In this document: positions 48,918 through 58,571 of the stretch, in pieces
Layout of the letters: each line of letters begins with the position of its first letter
Position numbering within the stretch: the first letter of the stretch is position 1
Virus record (IMG/VR): IMGVR_UViG_3300042261_000588
Span: 32,001 to 96,000 of that record
DNA length: 64,000 nucleotides
Reading direction: 5' to 3' (one strand)
Source: a virus
Notes under the pieces: generated by a model
Told to the model about the DNA's origin: nothing
The model's database searches: none
Seen by the model: the letters and a program-made list of their open reading frames with translations, nothing else
Translations under genes and position numbers: made by a program

Positions 48918-49508
48918 ATGTCAGAAGAACAAGAGAAGTATGTTGCCGGTCAGTCTTTTTGCGGGCTCGATCTTTCGTTGACCAACACAGGATTCTGTCT
49001 TAAAAATGGGAGCACTATAACCATTGACACAATCAAGACGGAGCCGAAGAACTTCAAGAACGACTTGGATCGTCTGATTCACATTAGGAATACCATTATC
49101 TCCAAGCTTCCAGTAGGTGTGAAAATGGTTTGCATCGAGGACTTTTTCGTACCATCCAACAGACTTCAGATCGGGTCCGGCATAAAGTTGGCTATGTTAG
49201 GAACGGCTATTAGGTTGTCTCTGTATGAGAGAGGTATTCCTTTCGTGATCGTATCACCCCTTCAGCTTAAGAAATTCGTCACCGGAAAGGGCGTTGGCGA
49301 CAAGAGCATGATTCTACGGGAAGTTTTCAAACGATGGGGGATCGATGCCAAGGATGACAATCAGGCAGACGCATCTGTTCTTTCGTATTTGGCAGAGGCA
49401 TTACTATCTGAAATAACCGATGATACTCCAAAGTTTCAAGCGGAGGTCATTCGGACTGTTAGGCAGGATAGACCCAGATACAATGTCAATGCAGAGTGGG
49501 CCGTATAG
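48918..49508 (+). CDS. ruvC: RuvC-like Holliday junction resolvase
   Basis: GLDLSLTNTG, IED, LKKFVTGKG..DK, DNQADA. Confidence 0.88.
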   Translation: MSEEQEKYVAGQSFCGLDLSLTNTGFCLKNGSTITIDTIKTEPKNFKNDLDRLIHIRNTIISKLPVGVKMVCIEDFFVPSNRLQIGSGIKLAMLGTAIRLSLYERGIPFVIVSPLQLKKFVTGKGVGDKSMILREVFKRWGIDAKDDNQADASVLSYLAEALLSEITDDTPKFQAEVIRTVRQDRPRYNVNAEWAV

Positions 49509-49666
49509 GGAAACAAATTGGGGGAAATAACATGGACAAAGAAACACTGAACGCGTACACTATCTGGATTGCTCGTGAGGCTATAGTGGGGGACAATACA
49601 TTCGGCAGTCCGAGTTGCAAGTGCGGCGCTTGAGCAAGCAGAAGAGGACGAATAGGAGGATTGTTC

Positions 49667-50647
49667 ATGCTAAGATTCGATGCTCATTGTCATGTTTTTA
49701 ATGGCCGAATTCTGGCCGATGCAACTAGGATGATGGCTAAGCCAGAAGTGGCCAAGGCTTCGTGGTTTAGTTGGATTACAGAGACTATCCTCAGTCTTAT
49801 TCGATCTGAGTCTGGGAATAATCAATTCATCTGCAGGTCTATCAAGAGACGTTTTCCAGATGATACTCCTGCTACGATCCCTCTTGCAATGGACATACAA
49901 TATCTCTTTACTCCTCCTTTGAAACAGTGTGAGATGTCTGGAGTCGAGGGCAAGCCACTTTCCATAAATTCTGGGCTGATGGATCAGATCAATGCTCTTA
50001 AGAAGCTATCGGCTCGTGGAAATTGCTTTCCATTCTTTCCAGTTGATCCTAGACGGCCTGGAATCGTCAAGGCGGTGCTTGATGGCAATATTGTGACGAA
50101 GAAGAAGGGTGGGTTCTATGGAGTTAAGTTATACCCTCGCTTGGGGTATCATCCTCAATCAAGCAATCTATGTGACCTCTATCGCTACTGTGAGGCCAAG
50201 AAGATTCCCATAACATCACATGCTGGTGCGGGTGGATTTCCACCATTCGGAACGAATTCTGGCTGGTTCTCAAACCCCGAGGAATTCAGGCCAATCTTAA
50301 ATCAGTTCCCTGATCTGAGAATCGACTTCGCACACTGGGGAATTGGGAATGATGCGTGGTCTGAATCAATTCTGTCGTTGATGCATGACTTTCCGAATGT
50401 CTACTCCGACTTGGCGTGTTTCAACTCGCCGGGAGACTTACCCAAATTCATTCGTAAGTATCTGGGGAATTCTCTTGTTCTCAAAAGGACCTTGTATGGA
50501 AGCGATTTCGATGTGTTCTACCTTACAGAAACAAAATTCGATATGGATTCATATTTGGATTCATTTATCAATCTAGTAGGGATGGATGATTTGGATAGTA
50601 TGATGTGTTTGAATCCGGTAAAATTTTTAGGTATCGAGCCGAGATAG
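49667..50647 (+). CDS. Amidohydrolase-superfamily metal hydrolase
   Basis: DAHCH, DPRR, GVKLYP..G, PI..H, AHWG, NVYSD, YGSDF. Confidence 0.85.
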   Translation: MLRFDAHCHVFNGRILADATRMMAKPEVAKASWFSWITETILSLIRSESGNNQFICRSIKRRFPDDTPATIPLAMDIQYLFTPPLKQCEMSGVEGKPLSINSGLMDQINALKKLSARGNCFPFFPVDPRRPGIVKAVLDGNIVTKKKGGFYGVKLYPRLGYHPQSSNLCDLYRYCEAKKIPITSHAGAGGFPPFGTNSGWFSNPEEFRPILNQFPDLRIDFAHWGIGNDAWSESILSLMHDFPNVYSDLACFNSPGDLPKFIRKYLGNSLVLKRTLYGSDFDVFYLTETKFDMDSYLDSFINLVGMDDLDSMMCLNPVKFLGIEPR

Positions 50648-50659
50648 AAGGAGTGGGAT

Positions 50660-50881
50660 ATGCCTCGTAAGATCGTCGACAGTTCATGTAATCAGAGAAC
50701 TCTTTGGGAGATCAAGGTGCCTAATCGGGAGCCTAATCGGGAGCCAGCTTCAGGCGTTACTTGTCCGTCATGTGGCGGAGAAATGACCAGAGGTTCGGTT
50801 CCTTGTCCAGATGGTAAGCCTTGGTGCATTGTCAATCATCAAGGACTTCAGTGTTCTAAATGCAGTAAGTTTTGGAATTGA
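50660..50881 (+). CDS. Small zinc-ribbon protein
   Basis: CPSCG, CPDG...C...H, CSKC. Confidence 0.55.
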   Translation: MPRKIVDSSCNQRTLWEIKVPNREPNREPASGVTCPSCGGEMTRGSVPCPDGKPWCIVNHQGLQCSKCSKFWN

Positions 50882-50893
50882 TTGGAATATAAA

Positions 50894-51217
50894 ATGAGTG
50901 TTTATCTTGCACACCTGATCGGCGACTACCTATTGCAAACGGACCGGATGGCTATCGGGAAGAAGAAGTCGTCTTGGATTTGTCTCGTTCATGTTCTGAC
51001 ATATTTGATTCCATTTATATTCACGCCATTGGTTTGGTGGAAGCTGGCTCTGATAGGGCTACAGCACTTCTTACAGGACAGATGGAACTTCGTTCCTTGG
51101 TTTATGTGTGTTAAGGGTAGTGGTCAGTTTACCCTCCCTCCTTGTGGTCCATGGTCGGTGATTGTGACCGATAACATCCTACATATCTTGTTTATCGCTT
51201 GGATCGCTTCGATCTGA
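50894..51217 (+). CDS. DUF3307-like membrane protein
   Basis: HLIGDYLLQ...MA..K, H...Y, HF.QD, DN..H. Confidence 0.8.
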   Translation: MSVYLAHLIGDYLLQTDRMAIGKKKSSWICLVHVLTYLIPFIFTPLVWWKLALIGLQHFLQDRWNFVPWFMCVKGSGQFTLPPCGPWSVIVTDNILHILFIAWIASI

Positions 51218-51219
51218 AA

Positions 51220-52188
51220 TCAGATCGCCTGCTCAAGCGAGTCAGTCAAGACAGTCCGTAGTGTCCTAATCGGAGAGGGCGGACGACCACTGAACGTGAA
51301 GTGTAGAGAATCACCAACCTTCATTTTAGCCCATCGAATCTCTTTCATTGCTTTTCGGATCGCTTTCATTGTCAAGCAGTGTTGTTCGACAGTTATCCCA
51401 ATATGTTTCTTGAGCTTATCTAGACCGATAAAGTAATGATTTCTACCCGCTTGCATTCCCAACCAAAGTCTTAGACAAAGCACACACATGGAGTTTGTTT
51501 CTACTTCGTTTAATGGGACGAACCATGGATTTTCATTCAGCATGTTCAAGTATTCTTTCGATATATGAATTTCAATACTATGATCTTGTCGATGATGACC
51601 ACAGATAACGCCGACGACTTGGAGTTGATTGAGAGCATCATCTAATGACGCGAAGAATGATTTTCCAGGTTTCTTACCAATCAATTCTGCAAAACGTCTA
51701 CGATGTACGTTCAAAATCCTACTTTCGACATGACCGTTCATCAAGTGCCAGCCAATACCTAGTAGAGTTTGATAAGCAATCAATCCAACCGTCCCTGCTC
51801 GCCGAATCTTCGTCGAATGATTGGGAATGAGATTAAGCATTCGAGGGATGACACACCAAGTGTCTTTGTTGACCGGCTGATAGGAGGTTGATAGGACTCT
51901 TCCAGGATGTCTGGACTCATGGCATTTAAGACAAAGGGAGTAACCTTCCAACATGTCGTTCTCGTGATAGGAGATAGCATGGTTGAATGTTTCCTCCTCA
52001 TCTCCGTAAAACTTCCATAGCCCTAAAAGAACATGATAGAGATCGATCATGTGATGCGTTTCAAGCTTCTCAGTGGAATGACATTTAACACAAGCGATGC
52101 CACGATTACGTTTCTCCCATCCAGAATATGCCAGAGATGAACGAACTCGATGGTCTAATGTTTTGAGGATAACTGATTGATTTTGCAT
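51220..52188 (-). CDS. HNH-like zinc domain fused to putative Rep-type winged-helix domain
   Basis: C..C.....LETHH...LC..CH...H, then a helical DNA-binding pattern; only credible minus-strand gene; own -10 box. Confidence 0.55.
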   Translation of the reverse strand: MQNQSVILKTLDHRVRSSLAYSGWEKRNRGIACVKCHSTEKLETHHMIDLYHVLLGLWKFYGDEEETFNHAISYHENDMLEGYSLCLKCHESRHPGRVLSTSYQPVNKDTWCVIPRMLNLIPNHSTKIRRAGTVGLIAYQTLLGIGWHLMNGHVESRILNVHRRRFAELIGKKPGKSFFASLDDALNQLQVVGVICGHHRQDHSIEIHISKEYLNMLNENPWFVPLNEVETNSMCVLCLRLWLGMQAGRNHYFIGLDKLKKHIGITVEQHCLTMKAIRKAMKEIRWAKMKVGDSLHFTFSGRPPSPIRTLRTVLTDSLEQAI

Positions 52189-52193
52189 GTTCG

Positions 52194-52353
52194 ATTATAC
52201 TCTTGATACTTACACTCACGAAATGCGGTATTTACACTCACTTTGGGTTTTTTACAGCAAATTTTATAATCTGTTGTCGTGTGGGTGGTTATGGTCTGTT
52301 TTTCGAACAAACGATTTATAGCTTTTCAGGTGGTTATTATATTATTACACTCA
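52194..52353. repeat. TTACACTCA direct repeats in AT-rich divergent intergenic region
   Basis: Copies at 52210, 52232, 52345; variant TTATACTC at 52195. Confidence 0.7.
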
Positions 52354-52440
52354 TACTTTGCTGTATTCGGCAGTAGTTTCCTGCAAATAACTGTGATAAT
52401 TTTTCGATATTTTACTAAGTGTTAGTGGGGAGTATAATTT

Positions 52441-52827
52441 ATGAGATCAGAGAGAATAGCAAATAGCTTAGTTAAGCGGATTACTGGTAATTACTCTGTT
52501 TTTGGGTGGAATCATGTAGTTGATGGGATGGTAGATCGATTGGAAGACCTATCTTCTGAAATAAGTATTTCCAAGTTTGATAATCTGGATGCTGTAGCTG
52601 GATGGTCCAAGCTGGTCGAGAGGGAACAGATCGACTTATACGACGAGGTATTATCTCGTGAGGTTGACGAACTTAGGGGTGAGTTGGCAAATATCTTAAA
52701 TGAGGCAGAGTCAATCAATCGTTGGTGGAGCGACGAATTGAGAAAAATGAAGCAGAAATGTCAGAAGGTATCGAAAGACATGCTTAGTTTAGCCGCTAAG
52801 TTCAAGAAAATGGAGAAAAGATCATGA
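52441..52827 (+). CDS. Helical protein with RIA-type leader
   Basis: MRSERIANSLVKRITG. Confidence 0.6.
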   Translation: MRSERIANSLVKRITGNYSVFGWNHVVDGMVDRLEDLSSEISISKFDNLDAVAGWSKLVEREQIDLYDEVLSREVDELRGELANILNEAESINRWWSDELRKMKQKCQKVSKDMLSLAAKFKKMEKRS

Positions 52828-53318
52828 ATAGAGAAGAGCGGATTATTGGTCGTGTAGCTAGTAAGTCTCTAGAGAGTTGGCAGATGATGGACATCAGTAA
52901 GGTATTGCGTAGAGAGCAAAATTTAAGGGGGAAGATAGCTGATGCGATTAGAGACATCAAGACATGGATGGCAGACATACGACATGATAACACGATGAAG
53001 ATGGCGGCAGAGGAAGCGATGAGTGCGCTCGTAGGTGCATTGAAGGCGACGGACATACTAATTGGCATTAGTTTGGGTGAGATGCATGGGGAGATGACTT
53101 ATCTAGCCGGAGAGAAGACGGCTGCGAACAATTGGATGAATATAATTCACATGAGGAGGGATTTAGATGATATGGTGGCACAAGCTAAGATGTGGGTAAG
53201 AAGCGAAAAGGATGCAACATCTGATGGTGGTTTTTCAAATGTTAAACATTATGAGTCTGTAGTGAGTGCTCTCGCCGAGTGCTCTGACAAACTTCGTAAA
53301 GTCGAACATATCACCTAA
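52824..53318 (+). CDS. Two-module protein with RIA-type leader
   Basis: MNREERIIGRVAS; internal EKTAA. Confidence 0.6.
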   Translation: MNREERIIGRVASKSLESWQMMDISKVLRREQNLRGKIADAIRDIKTWMADIRHDNTMKMAAEEAMSALVGALKATDILIGISLGEMHGEMTYLAGEKTAANNWMNIIHMRRDLDDMVAQAKMWVRSEKDATSDGGFSNVKHYESVVSALAECSDKLRKVEHIT

Positions 53319-53338
53319 TAAAAACTGGAGAAATTTCT

Positions 53339-53725
53339 ATGAAAGATGTTGATAAGATTATTGAGCGTGTAGCCAAGGGGGTTACTGGGGCTGGCAAGTG
53401 GGGTTGGGAAATATTTGAAGTCAATAAGACAGGGGCCTTGCTTCAAATCAGACATGATACATTGGCGAGATTCATCAAATTGGGAGAGTTGACTAGAATC
53501 ACGAATGAGATGGCTGGAAAGGTTAGGTCTGATTTGGCTCAGTTGGTAGCTTATGGGTTATCGATCAACATGGCGAAAATAGAGATTGGTGAGAAAGAAG
53601 TTGCTATCGAGGATGGCAAGATCACTATTTTTGTTAATGTGACTGTGAAGTGGTTGCCGGGAGAACAAAATATAGTCTGGGAAGATATTTATGAGGGGAT
53701 GCGAGATAATGGGCTATTGCGTTAA
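53339..53725 (+). CDS. Protein with RIA-type leader
   Basis: MKDVDKIIERVAKG. Confidence 0.6.
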   Translation: MKDVDKIIERVAKGVTGAGKWGWEIFEVNKTGALLQIRHDTLARFIKLGELTRITNEMAGKVRSDLAQLVAYGLSINMAKIEIGEKEVAIEDGKITIFVNVTVKWLPGEQNIVWEDIYEGMRDNGLLR

Positions 53726-53800
53726 GAAATATTGGGAGTCGGTAATTATCAAGCCATTGGTCGACGAGTGGGTGTACGGTGATAATTAGGAGTTAAGAAT

Positions 53801-54427
53801 ATGAATAGAGAAGTGAAGATAGCTAATCGGGTGATGATGGCGGCGACGTTTTCTCAGTTTGAGCAAGCTCTTAAGCAGCATGACTGGACGTATAATTACA
53901 GTGATGATGGTAGGGTATGGCGTCGTGGCGAGGCACAAGCCAAGGATATTGAGTCTATGGCTAAGGAGTTGGTATTGGTTGATGCTGATCGGACGGTTGA
54001 TTTATACAACAAGTATGGTCGAGAAGGATGGAGCGGGGACTGGACTGATGTTACGGCTGATAAGTGGATGAATATTCATAGGCATGAGGCTGAGTTGGCG
54101 GCGTATCGCAAGACATTGGAAAAGGAGATACGGGAAGGTGGGCGTTTATTTGGTACGCCTATAGCGGGGAAGTGGTCAGATAATGGATGGATTGGGTATC
54201 CGCCGAATTTCACGTTATTAGTTCGAGGAAAGGATCATTCTGAGTTCACCATTGTATTATCTGGTACGGGTCGTGGGAGTCATTTAGCGATTCGGAAGGG
54301 GACATTGGTAGCACAGGAGAAGGTGGAAGGGTATTACAGCATCGTGGGTGGGGTAAAGCCAGAGGAAGTTGCTCGAACGATTCAGAAGATGTATAAGGAT
54401 TTGGTAGAGAGAGGGGTTATTGAGTGA
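53801..54427 (+). CDS. Protein with RIA-type leader and HDW.Y..SDD motif
   Basis: MNREVKIANRVMMAA. Confidence 0.65.
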   Translation: MNREVKIANRVMMAATFSQFEQALKQHDWTYNYSDDGRVWRRGEAQAKDIESMAKELVLVDADRTVDLYNKYGREGWSGDWTDVTADKWMNIHRHEAELAAYRKTLEKEIREGGRLFGTPIAGKWSDNGWIGYPPNFTLLVRGKDHSEFTIVLSGTGRGSHLAIRKGTLVAQEKVEGYYSIVGGVKPEEVARTIQKMYKDLVERGVIE

Positions 54428-55128
54428 TACCTCGTGGGATACAGGCATGGAGCAAGAACAAGAAGGTGGAGCGGACAGCACCTGGTTCCAAGAATCATTA
54501 CAAGGTCACTTACTGGGATGGGCAGGAGAAGTGGACGGATCAATACCCCGGAGCCGGGAAGCCGGGTAAAAGAGAACAAAAACTGGAAAATAAGAAGCAG
54601 GGAAGACCATCGGTTCAGGATGCAAAGGGGACATTGGCAGCAGCAGTGAAGAAGTATGTTAGTGGAGGGGAGAAGGGAATATTAGAGAATGCTGTAGATA
54701 ATGTGATTGTTCACTTAGGTCGTGAGATGGCTAAAGAGACAATCAGAAAATATCTGAAAGAGAACAAGACAGATGAAGATGGGAAGGTGAAAGAGGCGCA
54801 GGGTGTGATACGGGATCGGATGACGGACAAACTAAGGGGCAAGAAGGTTATGAATGGCAGGATAGACAAGATAGCGAGTCGAGTGGCGGGTTCTACTTAT
54901 CCGACTATGCAGCAGGTAGAACATGCCGAGTTGTATCAGTTGGTGCATTGGAATCGGTATTTGCCTAGTCCGGGAGAATGGGCGATAGGCGGTAGGAATA
55001 GGGCAGAATTTGAGAGGGCGTTAAATCACGAGGCACCGATCATCACTCGGATCGTCGAAAGAATTAAGGAATTGGGTGGTATCACGCCATCAGTGAGTAA
55101 GGCGGTTGGTTGGGATAGGTATCGGTAG
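54424..55128 (+). CDS. Two-module protein with internal RIA-type leader
   Basis: Internal MNGRIDKIASRVAG at 54850. Confidence 0.6.
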   Translation: MIPRGIQAWSKNKKVERTAPGSKNHYKVTYWDGQEKWTDQYPGAGKPGKREQKLENKKQGRPSVQDAKGTLAAAVKKYVSGGEKGILENAVDNVIVHLGREMAKETIRKYLKENKTDEDGKVKEAQGVIRDRMTDKLRGKKVMNGRIDKIASRVAGSTYPTMQQVEHAELYQLVHWNRYLPSPGEWAIGGRNRAEFERALNHEAPIITRIVERIKELGGITPSVSKAVGWDRYR

Positions 55129-55423
55129 GGGGCTAGGACCGTCAAGGCGTGGCTTTATAGGTAGGGGCTATGGCCATGGTAGTGGGGCAGGGCATCAAAA
55201 CTCGATTTTAAGGGCTCTGGGTGTGTTGTGGCTTGAATAAAGAAAGAGTAGAGTTTAGAAATGATTATTTTAAGATATTGGCTTTGTTTTTGTGAGTGGT
55301 TATTACGATTAGGGAGGACGCTAGAAGTTATAGCAGATGAGGAGAAGACAATCTAGAGGTTTAAAATGAATTGGGTATCAAGCAATTCATATGGGTATTT
55401 TATTAGGAATTGGGGATAGAGTA

Positions 55424-57235
55424 ATGGGATTGGAGAGGACAAACAGGATTCGAAGGATGGTCTCAAGTCTCATGGTGACAGCCTCAGAGATTTTAGGTAG
55501 CTCTGCGTGGATGAAGGGGTGGATTGATCCACACGGGAATTTTCATGCGATTCCTGGTGGATTAACGCATGAACATCTTGCTCGTAAAATATGGGATGGG
55601 AAGACTGAGACAGAGGATATGGCATCTCCGCTTTGGGGATCAAAACAGATGTATAAAAATGGGTGGGCTAGGGTAGTCCCATATGGGAGAGACACGCTTT
55701 CAGCGGAGGTTTCTAGAGGAGTTCGATCACTAACATACTCTCAGCTTGAAAAGTTAAAGGACTTGGCGATAGAAGAAGGGATGACTAGCATAAGATTGGA
55801 TAATGGAAACTCATTGACGGCAATCTGGGAGGACGAAGATTTGTTGGTTGCTCGATCCAAAGTTGGTTTTGAGTTCCCTTCACAGGATGCCATGAGCAAA
55901 TACCTTAAGGATCATCCCAAGGCGAAGAAAGAAAATCATTGGGTTCAAGATCAAAAACCGAAGAAAAATCTTCAGGAAAATGCTCCTAAAACTGAAGAAA
56001 AAGCTGATGATTCTGGCAAGGCTGGGAAATTCAGAGTGCCGGAACACAAGTTGTTGAAGTTCGAAATGGACGGGGATTTGGGGAACATGGACAATTGGAG
56101 GGCAAGGATAGTTCTCGGCAACTCGATGGGCGAAGACAAGAAGGTCGGGGATATGGATAAGATCGGTTATGTGGCGTTCAGCACGGTGAATGATGAGATT
56201 GTGCCGATAGCGAGAGCCGACGAGCATCAGGCAGGATATGAGTTGTTATATCATCTGGATAAGAATGGTGCGATCAGGAGCAGACCACAGGATTTTATCA
56301 CATTGTTTAATGGAAGCAATTATCCGCATTGCACGACGAAAGATACGAAGGCGTATGCAAGTGCGGTGAAGAAGTGGTTGGCTTGTGGTGGTCCAAATGT
56401 GTGCGTTCACTCCCAGAAAAATGGAAAGAATTATGTGACTGACATGGAAGAATATGCGGCATTAGGGGGAGATGTGCCGTATGAACAAAAGGGACCGTCA
56501 AAGGCTGGGCGTGAGATTTTAGATCACTTGGAAGGTGCGATTGGTAGTTTAAGAGAAGGTAAGGATAAAGAAGCCCTTGAACATGCTAAAAAGTTAGCAA
56601 ATAGGTTAGAAGTTTTTAGAAGTTATGTAGGTTATCCAGACGTATTTATTGATGAGTTGGATAAGATGGAGAAGGACAGGGATATATCGGGTCTTGGCAG
56701 GGCAATTAAGGCAGTAGCGAAAGATATTTGGGATCATCTCAAAGAGGAACGTGATCGTAAATATTCGTATGTGTCGGGGCTTTACGGAACAGGAGATGAT
56801 GCAGATAAGAGGTTGGAGAAAGCGGCTGGTGCAGACACAGAGCCTCCTAAGAAGGAAGGCGAGACCGAGAGACCTCGTTTATCTGATGTTGGGCATAATA
56901 TCGTTAGTCATTTAGAGAAGGCGGCGAAGGCAGGAATTCAGGAATTTGGCCGTGGAATTGATCGAATGAAAGATTCGGCAATGGATTTAATTTTTTATTT
57001 ACAGCCTATGATGGAGGATGTAGATGATTTAGGACCTGCCTTAGAGAGATTGCATCGTGCGATGGCAGGGGAGGATAGTGACGAGATACAACAAGCGTTG
57101 TTCTCGTATAACGGGGTTAAGAATTTATTGCATCAGCGGTTGAGGAAGTTGATGGCGGATGGTGTGGTGAAGGACAAGCATTTTGGAGATGTGAAGTCGG
57201 CTTTTGAGGAGTTTGAGAGGTTGGGACAGATTTGA
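55424..57235 (+). CDS. Multi-module protein with RIA-type leader
   Basis: RIRRMVSSLMVTAS; GWIDP.G...H...GW.R module; EF......YL..HP module. Confidence 0.65.
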   Translation: MGLERTNRIRRMVSSLMVTASEILGSSAWMKGWIDPHGNFHAIPGGLTHEHLARKIWDGKTETEDMASPLWGSKQMYKNGWARVVPYGRDTLSAEVSRGVRSLTYSQLEKLKDLAIEEGMTSIRLDNGNSLTAIWEDEDLLVARSKVGFEFPSQDAMSKYLKDHPKAKKENHWVQDQKPKKNLQENAPKTEEKADDSGKAGKFRVPEHKLLKFEMDGDLGNMDNWRARIVLGNSMGEDKKVGDMDKIGYVAFSTVNDEIVPIARADEHQAGYELLYHLDKNGAIRSRPQDFITLFNGSNYPHCTTKDTKAYASAVKKWLACGGPNVCVHSQKNGKNYVTDMEEYAALGGDVPYEQKGPSKAGREILDHLEGAIGSLREGKDKEALEHAKKLANRLEVFRSYVGYPDVFIDELDKMEKDRDISGLGRAIKAVAKDIWDHLKEERDRKYSYVSGLYGTGDDADKRLEKAAGADTEPPKKEGETERPRLSDVGHNIVSHLEKAAKAGIQEFGRGIDRMKDSAMDLIFYLQPMMEDVDDLGPALERLHRAMAGEDSDEIQQALFSYNGVKNLLHQRLRKLMADGVVKDKHFGDVKSAFEEFERLGQI

Positions 57236-57339
57236 TTTCATCTGGGATATTTGCGAGCTAACAAATAACCTTGCCAAAAATGCAATCTGGTATGTTATGC
57301 GGACGGTATCCTGGATGGATTTTCAAGAGGAGGATGAGG

Positions 57340-57846
57340 ATGAGTATTGCAAGCGACATTGTTTCAGTAGCCAAGGACTTAATAGCTGGTGAAGGTTTGT
57401 TCGACATAATGTCAGAAATGATGAAGGGCATGAAGATAATGATCTACACGCCAGATGTAGGTGATGTTCAACTTATTGGAGGTAGTTATGCTCCTTCTCC
57501 AACTACTTTCATACCACGGAGAAAGAGTTGTGTGGCTATGCTTGTTTCGAGTATCACAGTAATGCCAGAGAGGCCGTATATCAATGCGGAGGTTGTGCCG
57601 GGTCGGCGATACATGATGGTTATTACTATAACGACCGCTGGTGGTCACATGTCAGATAAGATTGAGGCCCCGCTGATTTTGAGGGCTAACGCCGAGGATG
57701 ATCTTAATCGGTTTTTACAAACATATGTTCCTCATTTGGTTTCTAGATATTTGCGGGAACATGGAGCGAAGATGATGGAAGTGAGTGAAGGGATTCACAA
57801 GAGCATTTCAGAGATGTATGACGGTGGTCGTGACATGGGTGACTGA
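57340..57846 (+). CDS. Protein with leader variant
   Basis: MSIASDIVSVAKDLIAG; RBS GAGGAGG. Confidence 0.6.
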   Translation: MSIASDIVSVAKDLIAGEGLFDIMSEMMKGMKIMIYTPDVGDVQLIGGSYAPSPTTFIPRRKSCVAMLVSSITVMPERPYINAEVVPGRRYMMVITITTAGGHMSDKIEAPLILRANAEDDLNRFLQTYVPHLVSRYLREHGAKMMEVSEGIHKSISEMYDGGRDMGD

Positions 57847-57995
57847 TAAAGGAGACGACCATGAAGACGAGAAGAGGATCAGATACAGAGGTTTTTAGGA
57901 GGATGTTGTAGACTTAGAATATCTGAATGATGGATTGGATCACTTACTTCTTTATCATTAAAGAATCACTATAAGACTCTTAGTGAAAGGTTTTT

Positions 57996-58217
57996 ATGAT
58001 TATTGATCCATGGCTTAGTGTAGATCAAGTTGGGTTGGTATGCCAGTCTTGTGCCGAGTCTATGAAGAACAAGGGGATTAAGGCGATCAGGGCGTCTGTG
58101 TTGAGGAATGCTCAGATAACGTGGCAGGAGTGTGTGGACAAAGCGATTAAGAAGAATATGGCGAAGGATGCTGGCGCGTTGTGTGGATGGTTGAAGAGTA
58201 GGGATCAGAGTGTCTAA
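57996..58217 (+). CDS. Small Cys-containing protein
   Basis: CQSCAESM and EC...ALCGWLK modules. Confidence 0.55.
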   Translation: MIIDPWLSVDQVGLVCQSCAESMKNKGIKAIRASVLRNAQITWQECVDKAIKKNMAKDAGALCGWLKSRDQSV

Positions 58218-58229
58218 ACAGGGGGAATC

Positions 58230-58430
58230 ATGAATAGGGAAATCTAGGATTGCCGAGCGGATTGTTGCGAGGTATCCTGATACAGCCAACAGAGCAGGAG
58301 CGTAACTCTGGCGTGAGCAGGCAGAGGAGCCTCGACGGAAAGAGGGAATTCGTCCTCGCAAGGAAGATTAGGTCATCTATAGATGCCAGCGACGTGAATT
58401 TAGAGAGGATAAGCTATGAAAAAAAGTAAA
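58230..58430 (+). pseudogene. Frameshifted remnant of an RIA-leader gene
   Basis: MNRE followed by an extra A, then SRIAERIVARY in the next frame. Confidence 0.45.
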
Positions 58431-58571
58431 AACGGGAAGGGTAAGATTTTTATCGACTTGCTTTTAATTCTTCTCGTTGCTTGTTTTTTTATGGGTTTGA
58501 TTCTGTTTTCTTTTCAGGGTTTGTCTAACATTCTTAATTCGGGAGTAGCGAATGAGATCAGTTCTAAATAA
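58416..58571 (+). CDS. Small membrane protein (51 aa, below ORF-track cutoff)
   Basis: RBS GAGG; basic N-terminus then one hydrophobic segment. Confidence 0.4.
   Translation: MKKSKNGKGKIFIDLLLILLVACFFMGLILFSFQGLSNILNSGVANEISSK

Noticed and set aside
50720-50745. 12-bp tandem duplication (cctaatcgggag)
   Set aside because: In-frame two-copy duplication with no further structure
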